Source: Spirochaetia bacterium
GTDB lineage: Bacteria > Spirochaetota > Spirochaetia > SP-2023
Reading direction: 5' to 3'
NCBI GenBank assembly: GCA_965225855.1
Contig: CBDDCK010000004.1
Coordinates: 192,001 to 256,000, forward strand
Length of the DNA stretch: 64,000 nt
Below, one piece after another: positions 10,960-20,073 of the stretch (the first letter of the stretch is position 1; every line of letters starts with the position of its first letter). The notes under the pieces are model-generated. The model was not told where the DNA came from and did not search any database. It was given only the letters and a program-made list of their open reading frames with translations. The position numbers and the translations under genes were made by a program.

Positions 10960-11210
10960 TAGCCCGTTGCGTCCACTTGTAAACAGCAAAACAAAGGCAC
11001 AATTATATTAACGTCAGCTCTATTGCCGGTAGGAAGAGATTGCCAAATACAATTTGCGAATGGTAACCATTGCCCCCGGTGCTGTTGAAACCGAATTGTT
11101 ATCCCATACCACTTCGCAAGAAATTCTGGAAGGATACCAAACAATGGGAAGAGCCAATGGGGAAAATTCTGGCTGCAGAGGATATTGCCAATACTATTCA
11201 TTCCTCTCAT
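10960..11210 (+). pseudogene. short-chain dehydrogenase remnant
   Basis: KGTI / INVSSIAGRK then VTIAPGAVETELLSHTT; catalytic YxxxK segment missing, frameshifts. Confidence 0.7.
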
Positions 11211-11321
11211 TCCTCGGTAAAAAACTTACCAAGGCTATAATTGGCAAAAGCAGCCTTGATAAAAAACTTACCAAGGCTGCAATTGGCCAATGCAAGCGTT
11301 GCAACAACCAAACCCTACTTA

Positions 11322-13448
11322 CTAAGAATTACTAAGACTATTTTTTAGGTCTGCTGTACTACCAGGTACAAATCCTGCTGCTGCTTCAAGGTTGTATAGA
11401 CTAAAACGATCCTGCATTATAGCTTCGGCTTTCTGTTTTACACTACCGCTTAAAATAATCTTTAAGCCTTTTATAGCTGCTACAGTACCTGTGGCTCTGT
11501 TTTCACCTAAAGTTGAGTGCCGTGGTAATGTGTATCTCTTCTTACCATCACTGGATACAATCGTCAATTTGCTAAAGTCCCACTCTGCAATTGTTGTCGG
11601 TAAACCGCCACCATAAATAGTTAACTCGCCTGTATTAGCATTGTATGATGCGTTATTGATAAAACCTGCATAACCTCTAACGGTAATCGGGTTATTGCTT
11701 GTGTCTGCTATGTTACCACCTGCAAATCCTGCTGCTGCTTCCAGGTTGTATGCACCATTATTATCACGAACACCATCGTTAACCAGTATCTTCTCGGCTT
11801 CCGCTTTTACACTACCCGTTAAAAAAATCGCTAAGCTGTGTCTAGCTACACCAGAACCTGTGGCTGTGTTTTCACCTGCAGTTGAGGAGCGCCGGGGTAA
11901 TGTGAATCTCTTCTTACCATCACCGGATACAATCGTCAATTTGCTAAAGTCCCAGCCTGTAACTGCTGCTGGTAAATTAGTACCTGTAATTCCTAAGTGG
12001 CCTGTACTTACATTATAGGTTGCACTGGTAATTGTGGGTTCAGGATTACCACTAACGGTAATAGGGTTGCTTGTGTCTGCTGCGCTACCACCTGCAAATC
12101 CTGCTGCTGCTTCCAGGTTGTATGCACCATTATCATCACTATCACCATTCTTAACCAGTATCTTATTGGCTTCCGCTTTTACACTACCGCTTAAAATAAT
12201 ATCTAAGCCTGTTGCACTTGCTTTAAAACCTGAGGCTAGGTTTATACCTGCAGTTGAGTGCCGTGGTAATGTGTAGCTCTTACTACCATCACCGGATACA
12301 AGTGTCAATTTGCTAAAGTCCCAGTCTGCAACTGCTGCTGGTAAATTAGTACCTGTAATCACTAACTGGCCTGTATTAACATGGTAGGTTGCACGGGTAA
12401 TTGTGGGTGGGTTTCCACTAACGGCTAAGGCTTTGGCTGTATCTAAACCCGCCCAAGTACCAGTGCCAACGCTAAGCAACCCATCTTTTAGACCATTGGT
12501 ATTCATACCTGTCTTGCCATTCAGAGCATCTTTATCGTCATCGGTAAGGTAAAGCCAAAGCGCTGTGCCATCGCCTTTAATACGGTACTTACCTTTTGCA
12601 AGACTGCGACTATCTGGCCCAGTGGCTGTGCCATCTGCAGTATAAGAATTTAAGGCTAGGCCATCTACTACGATGGTTTGGATTTGCGCTTCTGTAGGAC
12701 TTAAGTCAGTACCTTGCAAGGTTAACAGCGCCGTGCCAACATGGTAGGTTGCACGGGTAATTGTGGCTTCAGGCGACTGATCTTCAGCTTGTTCGACTTG
12801 TTCGTCTTCTTCAGCTTCTTCAGGTTGCTTAGGCGACTCCTCTTCGGTTTGTTCGGCTTCGGGTAGTTTACGCGACTCCTCTTCAGCTTGTTCGACTTGT
12901 TCAGCTTGTTCAGTTTGCTTAGATGGCTGATTGTCATCGGATACTTTAGACTGCTTATTTTCGGGTATATTCCTAACGTCCAAGTCTTTGGCTGTATTTA
13001 AACCCGCCCAAGCACCAGAGCTAGTAAGCAAGCCTTTTTTTAGACCATCGCTATCCATACCTGTCTTGCCATTCAGAGCAGCTTTATGTGGATCGGTAAG
13101 TCTAAGCCAAAGCGCTGTGCCATCATTTGCAATACGGTACTTACCTTTTTCAAGACCACGACTATCTGGCCCAGTGGCTGGGTCATCTGCAGTATAGGAA
13201 CTGAAGGCTACACCATTTGTTCGGCTTCCTACCACGATGGTTTGGATTTGGGCTTGGGTCGCAGTTGTAGGGCTTAAGTGAGTACCTTGTACGGTTAACA
13301 GAGCCTTGCCAACATCGTAGATGGCGTTATTGATAGTCGGCTTAGACGGCGCAGAAGATCGATCATCGTCATCGGGTGGGGCGCAGGCCAAGGCCATAAA
13401 GGCCAGTAGCCAGGCTACAGGCAATAAAAGTAGTTTGAGCTTATACAT
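11322..13448 (-). CDS. repeat-containing surface lipoprotein (2 type-A + 3 type-B ~120-aa beta-rich repeats, acidic linker)
   Basis: RBS GGAGG, lipobox MALAC; repeats TI..A.Y....G.L...GT.L; type B carries WDFSKL-VSGDG-LSGSVK-YNLEAAAG. Confidence 0.85.
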   Translation of the reverse strand: MYKLKLLLLPVAWLLAFMALACAPPDDDDRSSAPSKPTINNAIYDVGKALLTVQGTHLSPTTATQAQIQTIVVGSRTNGVAFSSYTADDPATGPDSRGLEKGKYRIANDGTALWLRLTDPHKAALNGKTGMDSDGLKKGLLTSSGAWAGLNTAKDLDVRNIPENKQSKVSDDNQPSKQTEQAEQVEQAEEESRKLPEAEQTEEESPKQPEEAEEDEQVEQAEDQSPEATITRATYHVGTALLTLQGTDLSPTEAQIQTIVVDGLALNSYTADGTATGPDSRSLAKGKYRIKGDGTALWLYLTDDDKDALNGKTGMNTNGLKDGLLSVGTGTWAGLDTAKALAVSGNPPTITRATYHVNTGQLVITGTNLPAAVADWDFSKLTLVSGDGSKSYTLPRHSTAGINLASGFKASATGLDIILSGSVKAEANKILVKNGDSDDNGAYNLEAAAGFAGGSAADTSNPITVSGNPEPTITSATYNVSTGHLGITGTNLPAAVTGWDFSKLTIVSGDGKKRFTLPRRSSTAGENTATGSGVARHSLAIFLTGSVKAEAEKILVNDGVRDNNGAYNLEAAAGFAGGNIADTSNNPITVRGYAGFINNASYNANTGELTIYGGGLPTTIAEWDFSKLTIVSSDGKKRYTLPRHSTLGENRATGTVAAIKGLKIILSGSVKQKAEAIMQDRFSLYNLEAAAGFVPGSTADLKNSLSNS

Positions 13449-13511
13449 AAGCAATACCTCCAAAAATGGGTAAAGATTAACCAACCCATAAGGGCTAGTG
13501 TGTAAATCCCC

Positions 13512-13538
13512 ATTTTGCTAGGGGGGGTGTTGCGTCAA
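13512..13538 (-). promoter_or_regulatory. sigma70-like promoter with C7 tract in spacer
   Basis: TTGACG - 15 nt (CAACACCCCCCCTAG) - CAAAAT upstream of the lipoprotein gene. Confidence 0.55.
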
Positions 13539-13563
13539 GGCCTTTATAAGCTTTTTGTAAGTT

Positions 13564-13686
13564 TTTTTGTGTTTTTGTGTTTTTGTGTTTTTGTGTGTTA
13601 GTGTTGTTTTGTGTTGTTTTGTGTTGTTTTGTGTTGTTTTGTGTTGTTTTGTGTTGTTTTGTGTTGTTTTGTGTTGTTTTGTGTTG
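13564..13686. repeat. simple tandem repeat (TTTTTGTG)~4 + (GTGTTGTTTT)8
   Basis: Eight perfect 10-mers at 13601-13680 plus a partial copy. Confidence 0.97.
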
Positions 13687-13813
13687 TAAGGTAGTTAAAA
13701 ATCCATGCCAATCAAAAGGCTTGAGGGTGTTGGTTTGGTCTTTGGCTGTTTCAGGCTTTGGGGTGGGAAAGTGTAGAATTGAATAAAATACTTGATTACA
13801 CCTTAATTACACT

Positions 13814-13925
13814 ATGGGGCAATCTCCAAAAGGTGAAATATTAAAAGGTGAAACATTTAATGAAAATGAAAACGGGATATTATTCTTTCAGGGGCGTTCA
13901 GAATTTGGCCAACGATTGCCGATGA
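13814..13925 (+). pseudogene. type I restriction specificity subunit (HsdS) fragment
   Basis: MGQSPKGE...FNENENGILFFQGRSEFG resembles the HsdS TRD motif. Confidence 0.65.
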
Positions 13926-13983
13926 TTGTTGTATAGGTCCTTGATTATGTGCCGATGTAGAAAATTTCATTAAAGACTAGGGT

Positions 13984-14150
13984 ATCAATAGGTGGGAGGT
14001 AAATCTATGGATAGATTTAGGTCAATTCTATCAATAGGTGGGAGGTAATTCTATTGATAGATTTGGGTCAATTCTATCAATAGGTGGGAGGTAATTCTAT
14101 TAATAGATTTGGGTCGATTCTATTAAATAGGTGGGAGGTAATTCTATGGT
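13984..14150. repeat. 46-bp tandem repeat, ~3.5 copies, internally palindromic
   Basis: AATAGGTGGGAGGTAA starts at 13987, 14033, 14079, 14126. Confidence 0.95.
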
Positions 14151-14279
14151 TAGAGGGGGCTGGCTACTTTAATTAGATAATGATAAGTCGATGCCCCAAT
14201 TTGTGAATCTGCTTTTTTTATCTGAAGCCCTTTGGCCTTTACCTTGCGGCTCTTCTGGGTATATAGCGAAAGCGCTCCT

Positions 14280-14547
14280 TAATCAAAAATCTCAATTTTG
14301 TAATGTAAAGACTGCTATACAACAATTAGATAAAATTGCTAGTAAAGGAAAATATAAAATTCTACTTTTAAGTTATAATAGTGAAGGTATAATCGAGCAA
14401 GAAAATATATTTGTTACACTAGAAAAGTATGGCAAAGTGGAATTAGTTGAGTTTGAACATTTGTGTTTTAAAAGCAATAATAATGGTAACAATAAAACCA
14501 AAAAATTTGTTTATGAACAGCTTTATATATTAAAAAAACATCTATGA
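14280..14547 (+). pseudogene. C-terminal fragment of adenine-specific DNA methyltransferase
   Basis: KSQFC...ILLLSYNSEGII...VYEQLYILKK; no N-terminal half. Confidence 0.7.
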
Positions 14548-14795
14548 AAATCTTTGGATTCTGACAGAAGAACGGCCTGAAAAAGAAGTTTTACAAACTA
14601 TCTTTTACAAAATTTGCAAAGGATTATGGTTTTGCCATTTTTGTTGATACGATTTGTATCTTGCCAATTTTAGAAGACGATAAATTTACTTTTGCCTATG
14701 AAATTATGGGTTTCTGCTGTAATAAAGTAAATCAAGTCTATATAAAAACGGTTTCAGGAAATTCCAGTTTTACAGATTTTTTAGTGTTCTTGCAA
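14544..14795 (+). pseudogene. truncated, frameshifted gene coupled to the MTase (probable cognate restriction endonuclease N-terminus)
   Basis: ATGA overlap with MTase stop; reads NLWILTEERPEKEVLQTIF..KFAKDYGF...IKTVSGNSSFTDFLVF across frameshifts. Confidence 0.45.
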
Positions 14796-14831
14796 ATTAT
14801 CAGATTTTAGAGAGGTTTTGGAGGAGTTTTT

Positions 14832-16085
14832 ATGTCTAGTGAGTTATTTATTCCGAGTCTTGAGCAGGCCAACCAAGCAATAGAGCAAGCGGGCAGCCCA
14901 GTTTACCTAAGTGATATAGCTACGGTATTAGAGCGTTTAGAACAGCTGCGCCAAAGCTTTCTACAACATACCAAAATTTTTTATGCCATGAAGGCCAATT
15001 ACAATCCGGATTTGCTCAAAGCCTTATTAAATAATGGCTTAGATGGGGTAGATACGGTCTCGCCTCTGGAGATACAGATGGCTTTGCGCTGTGGTTTTGC
15101 TAAGGAACAAATTATTTTTACCGGCAATTATTCCAGCAGGGAAGAGCTGGCCCAAGTATTGAATGCGGGTGTGCTGTGCAATATTGGCTCGCTGATGGAA
15201 TTGGAATGGCTTGGCCAGCTTCAGCCCGGTGGGTCTGGGTTAGGCGTGGCCATTCGACTCAAGCCTACAGTTGGGGCTGGTGAATTTAAGGGTACGATTA
15301 CCGGCGGCAAGGATTCTAAATTTGGCATAGCTTTGAGTGATTTGCCAAAAGTGCGCATGATTTTGCAGCGTTATGGTTTGCAATTGCTTGGCTTGCACTG
15401 CCATATTGGTTCGGGTTTTTACCAGACGGCTGAATTTGAAACAGCAGTGCGTTCCATTTTGCAAATAGGGCAGGATTTTGCTTCACTGCAATTTATTGAC
15501 TGCGGTGGCGGCTTTGGGGTGCGCTATCAACTGGGCCAACAGGGTTTACAACTAAGTAAGTTTGCCGAGGCGATTGCTCCGGCATTAGAGGATTTCTATA
15601 GCCAGCGGCCGCAGGATAAGGCTTTGGAATTGCGCTTAGAGCCGGGCAAATTTTTGATTGCCGAATCTACAGTGTTGCTGTGCCGTGTTACGGCTGTAAA
15701 TTATAGTGAATCTTGTATTTATGTGGGTACGGATACGGGTTTTAACCACTTGATCCGCCCAGCTTTTTACGGAGCTTACCACCATGCTATTAACCTTACG
15801 GGCGAGGTTGCGGGGCGTGTTCGGCAAACAGTAAAAATCGTGGGCAACATTTGTGAGTCTTCGGACGTTATGGTTGAGGAAGCAAACATTGCCAAACCCC
15901 AGAGCGGTGATATTATTGCCTTGCTCACGGCAGGGGCTTACGGTGCTTCCATGCATTCGTTGTATAATTTGCGCCCCGCACCTGCAGAAGCAGTGCTGCA
16001 AATTGATGGTTCTCTAGTGGTCAGCCGCAAGCGTAAAGGTTTTGGCCAATTGCTCCGAGCGTTGGATTACCAAACTTTGGTATAA
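14832..16085 (+). CDS. lysA: diaminopimelate decarboxylase
   Basis: YAMKAN (PLP Lys), SKFGI, HCHIGS, EPGKFL, GNICES, AGAYG. Confidence 0.93.
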   Translation: MSSELFIPSLEQANQAIEQAGSPVYLSDIATVLERLEQLRQSFLQHTKIFYAMKANYNPDLLKALLNNGLDGVDTVSPLEIQMALRCGFAKEQIIFTGNYSSREELAQVLNAGVLCNIGSLMELEWLGQLQPGGSGLGVAIRLKPTVGAGEFKGTITGGKDSKFGIALSDLPKVRMILQRYGLQLLGLHCHIGSGFYQTAEFETAVRSILQIGQDFASLQFIDCGGGFGVRYQLGQQGLQLSKFAEAIAPALEDFYSQRPQDKALELRLEPGKFLIAESTVLLCRVTAVNYSESCIYVGTDTGFNHLIRPAFYGAYHHAINLTGEVAGRVRQTVKIVGNICESSDVMVEEANIAKPQSGDIIALLTAGAYGASMHSLYNLRPAPAEAVLQIDGSLVVSRKRKGFGQLLRALDYQTLV

Positions 16086-16250
16086 TATAGCTTTAGCAAC
16101 ACACGCAAAGAGCTCGCCCTAAATACGGGAAGAGCTCGCTCTAAATACGGGAAGAGCCGAAGGAAAATACGCAAAGAGCTCGCCCTAAATACGGGAATAA
16201 CTTGGGCGATATACGCAGATAGGTTTAAGCTAAAAGTAAAGGCCTACAAA
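16086..16250 (+). repeat. dispersed ~165-bp element of six 22-bp subunits (copy 1)
   Basis: Subunit AAATACGGGAAGAGCTCGCYCT; near-identical to 32846-33010. Confidence 0.92.
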
Positions 16251-16321
16251 TTGCAATGATTACCTAACCCAAGCTACCCAATAACGAGTATCTCAAGCAA
16301 TAGCTTAACTAGCCTAATCAT

Positions 16322-16351
16322 TTGACGCTATTGGTCTTTTATCTGTATAAT
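16322..16351 (+). promoter_or_regulatory. sigma70 promoter
   Basis: TTGACG-18 nt-TATAAT, ~25 nt before ATG 16376 with AAGGA RBS. Confidence 0.7.
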
Positions 16352-16375
16352 CTACACCATAAAAAGGACGATGCC

Positions 16376-18670
16376 ATGAAATTTATCTTACCATACTATG
16401 GTTGGCTATTGCTTATCTGTTTGCCGTTTAATTTATGGGCTATAGATAAATCTATAGTGCCAGAACAGCATAAGATAGCGGTTACCAAGCTCGAGATAGT
16501 CAATAATAGCGTGTGCTCTTTGCCAAAAATCAAGAGCGCGTACTTAACGGATATTGTCAATACAGAATTATTAGCCCTAGGTTACCAAGTGCAAGAACGC
16601 CATGCGCTGAAAACTTTAATAAAGGAACAAGAATTTTCCCAAAGCTATGTAAGAGAGGAAGATATTCCGGCGTTGGCAAAATTAAATGGGGTAGAGCAAA
16701 TCTTTTTAGGGTCTTTATCTATTGAAAATAAGACCAAAGAAAGTTGTACAGAGTACCAAATCCGTTTTGGTGGCAAAATACTCGATGTGGCCACGGCTGA
16801 ATATTTGGTGATTGAAGATGTTTTAGTTGAGAATAGCGATTTTTTTAAGGGCTTAATTGTGGCAATACAAAGTTATTTTGTCAAAATCCGCAAAACATAT
16901 CCTATTCAGGATACTAAGGAGCTTACGGTAGCTTTAGAGTCTGGCCAATCCAAAATTATTATGGATAATTTAGTGGCCGAGCAGAACAAAATTGCGCTGG
17001 CTGAAATACAGCTATCGGATAATTTCGGCAAGCCGAACGATAATATTATGCAATTTCTGCAAACCAATATTAACACGGGTTTAATGGCTACAGGTTATCG
17101 GGTAATGGAGCGCAAGGGCATTGTTTCTTTGTTTAGAGAGCAAGAATTTTCGCAAACATATGTTCGAGAAGACGATATAAATTCTTTGGCCAATTTGTTG
17201 GGTATAGATAAAGTGTTTCTATTGAGTATATCGGCCTTTGTAAACCTTGCTGGCAAGTATCAATATATTTTTTCTACGGCCAAAATACTCGATGTGGCCA
17301 GTGGTAAATATGAAATGGCCGGTTATGTAATTACCGATAACGATGGCCAAGAGGTTGTACCCGATAAAAAGGTAATTGATATATTTTTTCACAATTTAAG
17401 TGGGTTTGCTACCGCTAAACAGAATAATCTTAAATTTTATGCCAAGAAACAGGGTGATATAACTGGTAAGAAAGTTGCGGTAGTAGGCGATGATGCTTCC
17501 CAACATGATTTTACGATTGACAATGTCGCTAAAGAATTATTGAAAGCGGGTTACCGTACATTTGCGCGCAGTAATCTGGATATTGAGGCCATACAGGAAG
17601 AATGGCAAATATCACAAGAGTATGTGGAAGAAGGGCAAATTATATCTCCTTTTAAGCTGGCTGGTTTGGACAATGTTTTTATTGTTTCTTCCAGTGATTT
17701 GGCGGGCCAAGGTTGTGGTTCTGTTTTTACCGCTAAATTGCTGGACCAAACTGGAGAAATTGAGTGGATTGGTTCGGTAATTGCGCCGTCTAAAGAGTTA
17801 GCGGTAGAAATTTTCTTTGATGATAATTTTACCGCCAAACCAGAATATTCATTGCCGCGCAGTTGTTACGGTAGCGCTGCTCTTTTAAAAGAAATAACTC
17901 AAAAGCCCCAAACGCCTAAAAAATTCCCAAGAAAGCCTTTAGCTTTAGATGGGAAGAATTATTTTGGTATTCAAATTGGCGAGCTTGGTGGTACTTTTGG
18001 TACAGGCGATTACCAAGATGGTAGCCATTCTATTGCTAAGGCTGCCAAATATTCCAGATGGCTCACTGCCATTGGAATATCTTATGTTCATGGAATAAAT
18101 GATAAGATAAGTATAGGTTTTCTCTTTGGTGGCCGTATTAATTATGCTGTTGGCGATTCACTAGAATATTCTGGACCGTATTATAAATTTGAGCGTTCTT
18201 ATTATTCAGCATTCGATGGAGAACGATATTATGAACATAACTTTATAGATAGCAAAGTAAACCTTGGCTTTCACCTAGGGCCGAAGATTGATTTTTATTT
18301 TTGGTTTAATGGTGGCGGTGGTTTTAGTATTAGTCCCTATTTTGTGTATAGTCTGATCCACGAATCACTTTCTGGTGCTGTCGAAGAACGAGTAGATTAT
18401 TCTTCTAAGAAGGTGGGTTCTTTTACACAAGACCCTATCTTGGGTATTGGGGGCGGTCTGCGTTTAGAGTTCTTAGTGGGTTTTGATGACTCATTTTTGT
18501 GGGGTGATGACTTTTTGTGGGGATTTTCTTTGGGTATTGAAGTTCTCGGTGGTGCGACTCCCATTAGCTACCAAAGTGATGATGGCAAGATTGATGTCAA
18601 AGCCAGGCTCGATAATGTTGGGGTTAGTATTTATTTGGGTCTACTGAACCTTTATTTTAAAACTAATTAA
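16376..18670 (+). CDS. secreted protein with three CsgG/HfaB-like domains and a C-terminal outer-membrane beta-barrel-like region
   Basis: Signal peptide; three copies of L...GY.V.ER..L..L..EQEFSQ.YV.E..I...A.L.G...F; aromatic/Gly-rich amphipathic C-terminus ending LNLYFKTN. Confidence 0.7.
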   Translation: MKFILPYYGWLLLICLPFNLWAIDKSIVPEQHKIAVTKLEIVNNSVCSLPKIKSAYLTDIVNTELLALGYQVQERHALKTLIKEQEFSQSYVREEDIPALAKLNGVEQIFLGSLSIENKTKESCTEYQIRFGGKILDVATAEYLVIEDVLVENSDFFKGLIVAIQSYFVKIRKTYPIQDTKELTVALESGQSKIIMDNLVAEQNKIALAEIQLSDNFGKPNDNIMQFLQTNINTGLMATGYRVMERKGIVSLFREQEFSQTYVREDDINSLANLLGIDKVFLLSISAFVNLAGKYQYIFSTAKILDVASGKYEMAGYVITDNDGQEVVPDKKVIDIFFHNLSGFATAKQNNLKFYAKKQGDITGKKVAVVGDDASQHDFTIDNVAKELLKAGYRTFARSNLDIEAIQEEWQISQEYVEEGQIISPFKLAGLDNVFIVSSSDLAGQGCGSVFTAKLLDQTGEIEWIGSVIAPSKELAVEIFFDDNFTAKPEYSLPRSCYGSAALLKEITQKPQTPKKFPRKPLALDGKNYFGIQIGELGGTFGTGDYQDGSHSIAKAAKYSRWLTAIGISYVHGINDKISIGFLFGGRINYAVGDSLEYSGPYYKFERSYYSAFDGERYYEHNFIDSKVNLGFHLGPKIDFYFWFNGGGGFSISPYFVYSLIHESLSGAVEERVDYSSKKVGSFTQDPILGIGGGLRLEFLVGFDDSFLWGDDFLWGFSLGIEVLGGATPISYQSDDGKIDVKARLDNVGVSIYLGLLNLYFKTN

Positions 18671-18700
18671 ATGCCATTATATATTAGAGGAGATACCACG

Positions 18701-19942
18701 ATGCAAAGCTATCCATACCGCAACATAGCGGGGCTTATTTTTTGTTGGTCTTTGATAGCCTTTGTACTAACAGCCTGTGATCCTATTGAAATATACAGGA
18801 TCGATTCTAAAGAAACCCCTAGGAATATACCCGAAGCCGCAATTACCAGTGCAACCTACAATGTTGATACAGGCTTGGTTGGTACAGGCTTGTTAGAGAT
18901 TACAGGTACTAATTTACCAGTAGCAGTTACAGACTGGGACTTTAGCAAATTGACGCTTGTATCCGGTGATGGTAGTAAGAGATTCACATTACCCCGGCAC
19001 TCAACTTTAGGTAGAAACACAGCCTCAGGTTCTCGTGCAAGTGCAACAAAATTATTTATTGAGTTAAGCGGTAGTGTAAAAGCCAAAGCCGATAAGATAC
19101 TGGTTAACGATGGTGATAGTGATAATAATGGTGCATACAATCTTGAAGCAGCAGCAGGCTTTGCAGGTGGTAGCGCTGAAGACATAACTAATCCTATTAC
19201 CGTTAGTGGGTATACAGCCAGCATCACCAGAGCAACCTACGATGCTAATACAGGCAAGTTAACTATTTATGGTAGAGGTTTACCGAAAACAGTTGCAGAA
19301 TGGGACTTTAGCAAATTGATGCTTGTATCCGGTGATGGTAAGAAGAGATTCACATTACCCAAGCAATCAACTTCAGGTGTAAACACAGCCATAGGTTCTA
19401 GGGCAAATGGATACAGATTAACAATTACTTTAAGCGGTAGTGTAAAAGCCAAAGCCAATAAGATACTGGTTAACGATGGTGATAGTGATAATAATGGTGC
19501 ATACAACCTTGAAGCAGCAGCAGGCTTTGCAGGTGGTAGCGCTGAAGACACAAGCAACCCGATTACCGTTAGTGGCTACGTAAGCCTGCTCGAATCCGTA
19601 TTATACAGAGCTAGTGGAGGCCAGTTATTGATTTATGGTAGGAGGTTACCGACAGCAGTTGCAGACTGGGACTTTAGCAAATTGACGCTTGTATCCGGTG
19701 ATGGTAAGAAGAGATTCACATTACCACGGCACTCAACTTTAGGTGCAAACAAAGCCACAGGTTCTGAAGCAAGGGCAACAAAATTAACGATTATTTTAAG
19801 CGGTAGTGTAAAAGCGGAAGTCAATAAGATACTGGTTAAGAATGGTGTTCGTGATGATAATGGTGCATACAACCTTGAAGCAGCAACAGGATTTGTATCT
19901 GGTAGTCCAGAAGACCCAACCACTAGTATATACAAGTTATAA
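18701..19942 (+). CDS. surface lipoprotein with three type-B repeats, paralog of 11322-13448
   Basis: RBS GAGGAG, lipobox VLTAC, three WDFSKL-VSGDG-LSGSVK-YNLEAA repeats. Confidence 0.87.
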   Translation: MQSYPYRNIAGLIFCWSLIAFVLTACDPIEIYRIDSKETPRNIPEAAITSATYNVDTGLVGTGLLEITGTNLPVAVTDWDFSKLTLVSGDGSKRFTLPRHSTLGRNTASGSRASATKLFIELSGSVKAKADKILVNDGDSDNNGAYNLEAAAGFAGGSAEDITNPITVSGYTASITRATYDANTGKLTIYGRGLPKTVAEWDFSKLMLVSGDGKKRFTLPKQSTSGVNTAIGSRANGYRLTITLSGSVKAKANKILVNDGDSDNNGAYNLEAAAGFAGGSAEDTSNPITVSGYVSLLESVLYRASGGQLLIYGRRLPTAVADWDFSKLTLVSGDGKKRFTLPRHSTLGANKATGSEARATKLTIILSGSVKAEVNKILVKNGVRDDNGAYNLEAATGFVSGSPEDPTTSIYKL

Positions 19943-19988
19943 GTTGGTAAGTAAGGTTTGGTTGTTGCAACGCTTGCATTGGCCAATT

Positions 19989-20023
19989 GCAGCCTTGGTA
20001 AATTTTTTATCAAGGCTGCTTTT
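19989..20023 (+). terminator. intrinsic terminator of the lipoprotein gene (inverted copy at ~11246-11280)
   Basis: GCAGCCTTGGTAAA-TTT-TTTATCAAGGCTGC followed by TTTT. Confidence 0.6.
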
Positions 20024-20073
20024 ATCAATTATAGCCTTGGTATAAAGTATTGTTCCGCATTGGTGCAATACAT

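Noticed and set aside
13577..13786. 69-aa Cys/Val/Phe-rich ORF
   Set aside because: Translation of the simple tandem repeat
13984..14150. CRISPR array
   Set aside because: Whole 46-bp unit repeats with no unique spacers and no cas genes
16086..16250. CRISPR array or plasmid origin
   Set aside because: Contiguous 22-bp subunits without spacers; no rep gene; several chromosomal copies
11322..19942. Diversity-generating retroelement acting on type-B repeats
   Set aside because: No reverse transcriptase in the window; AAC codons are invariant and changes are not adenine-specific
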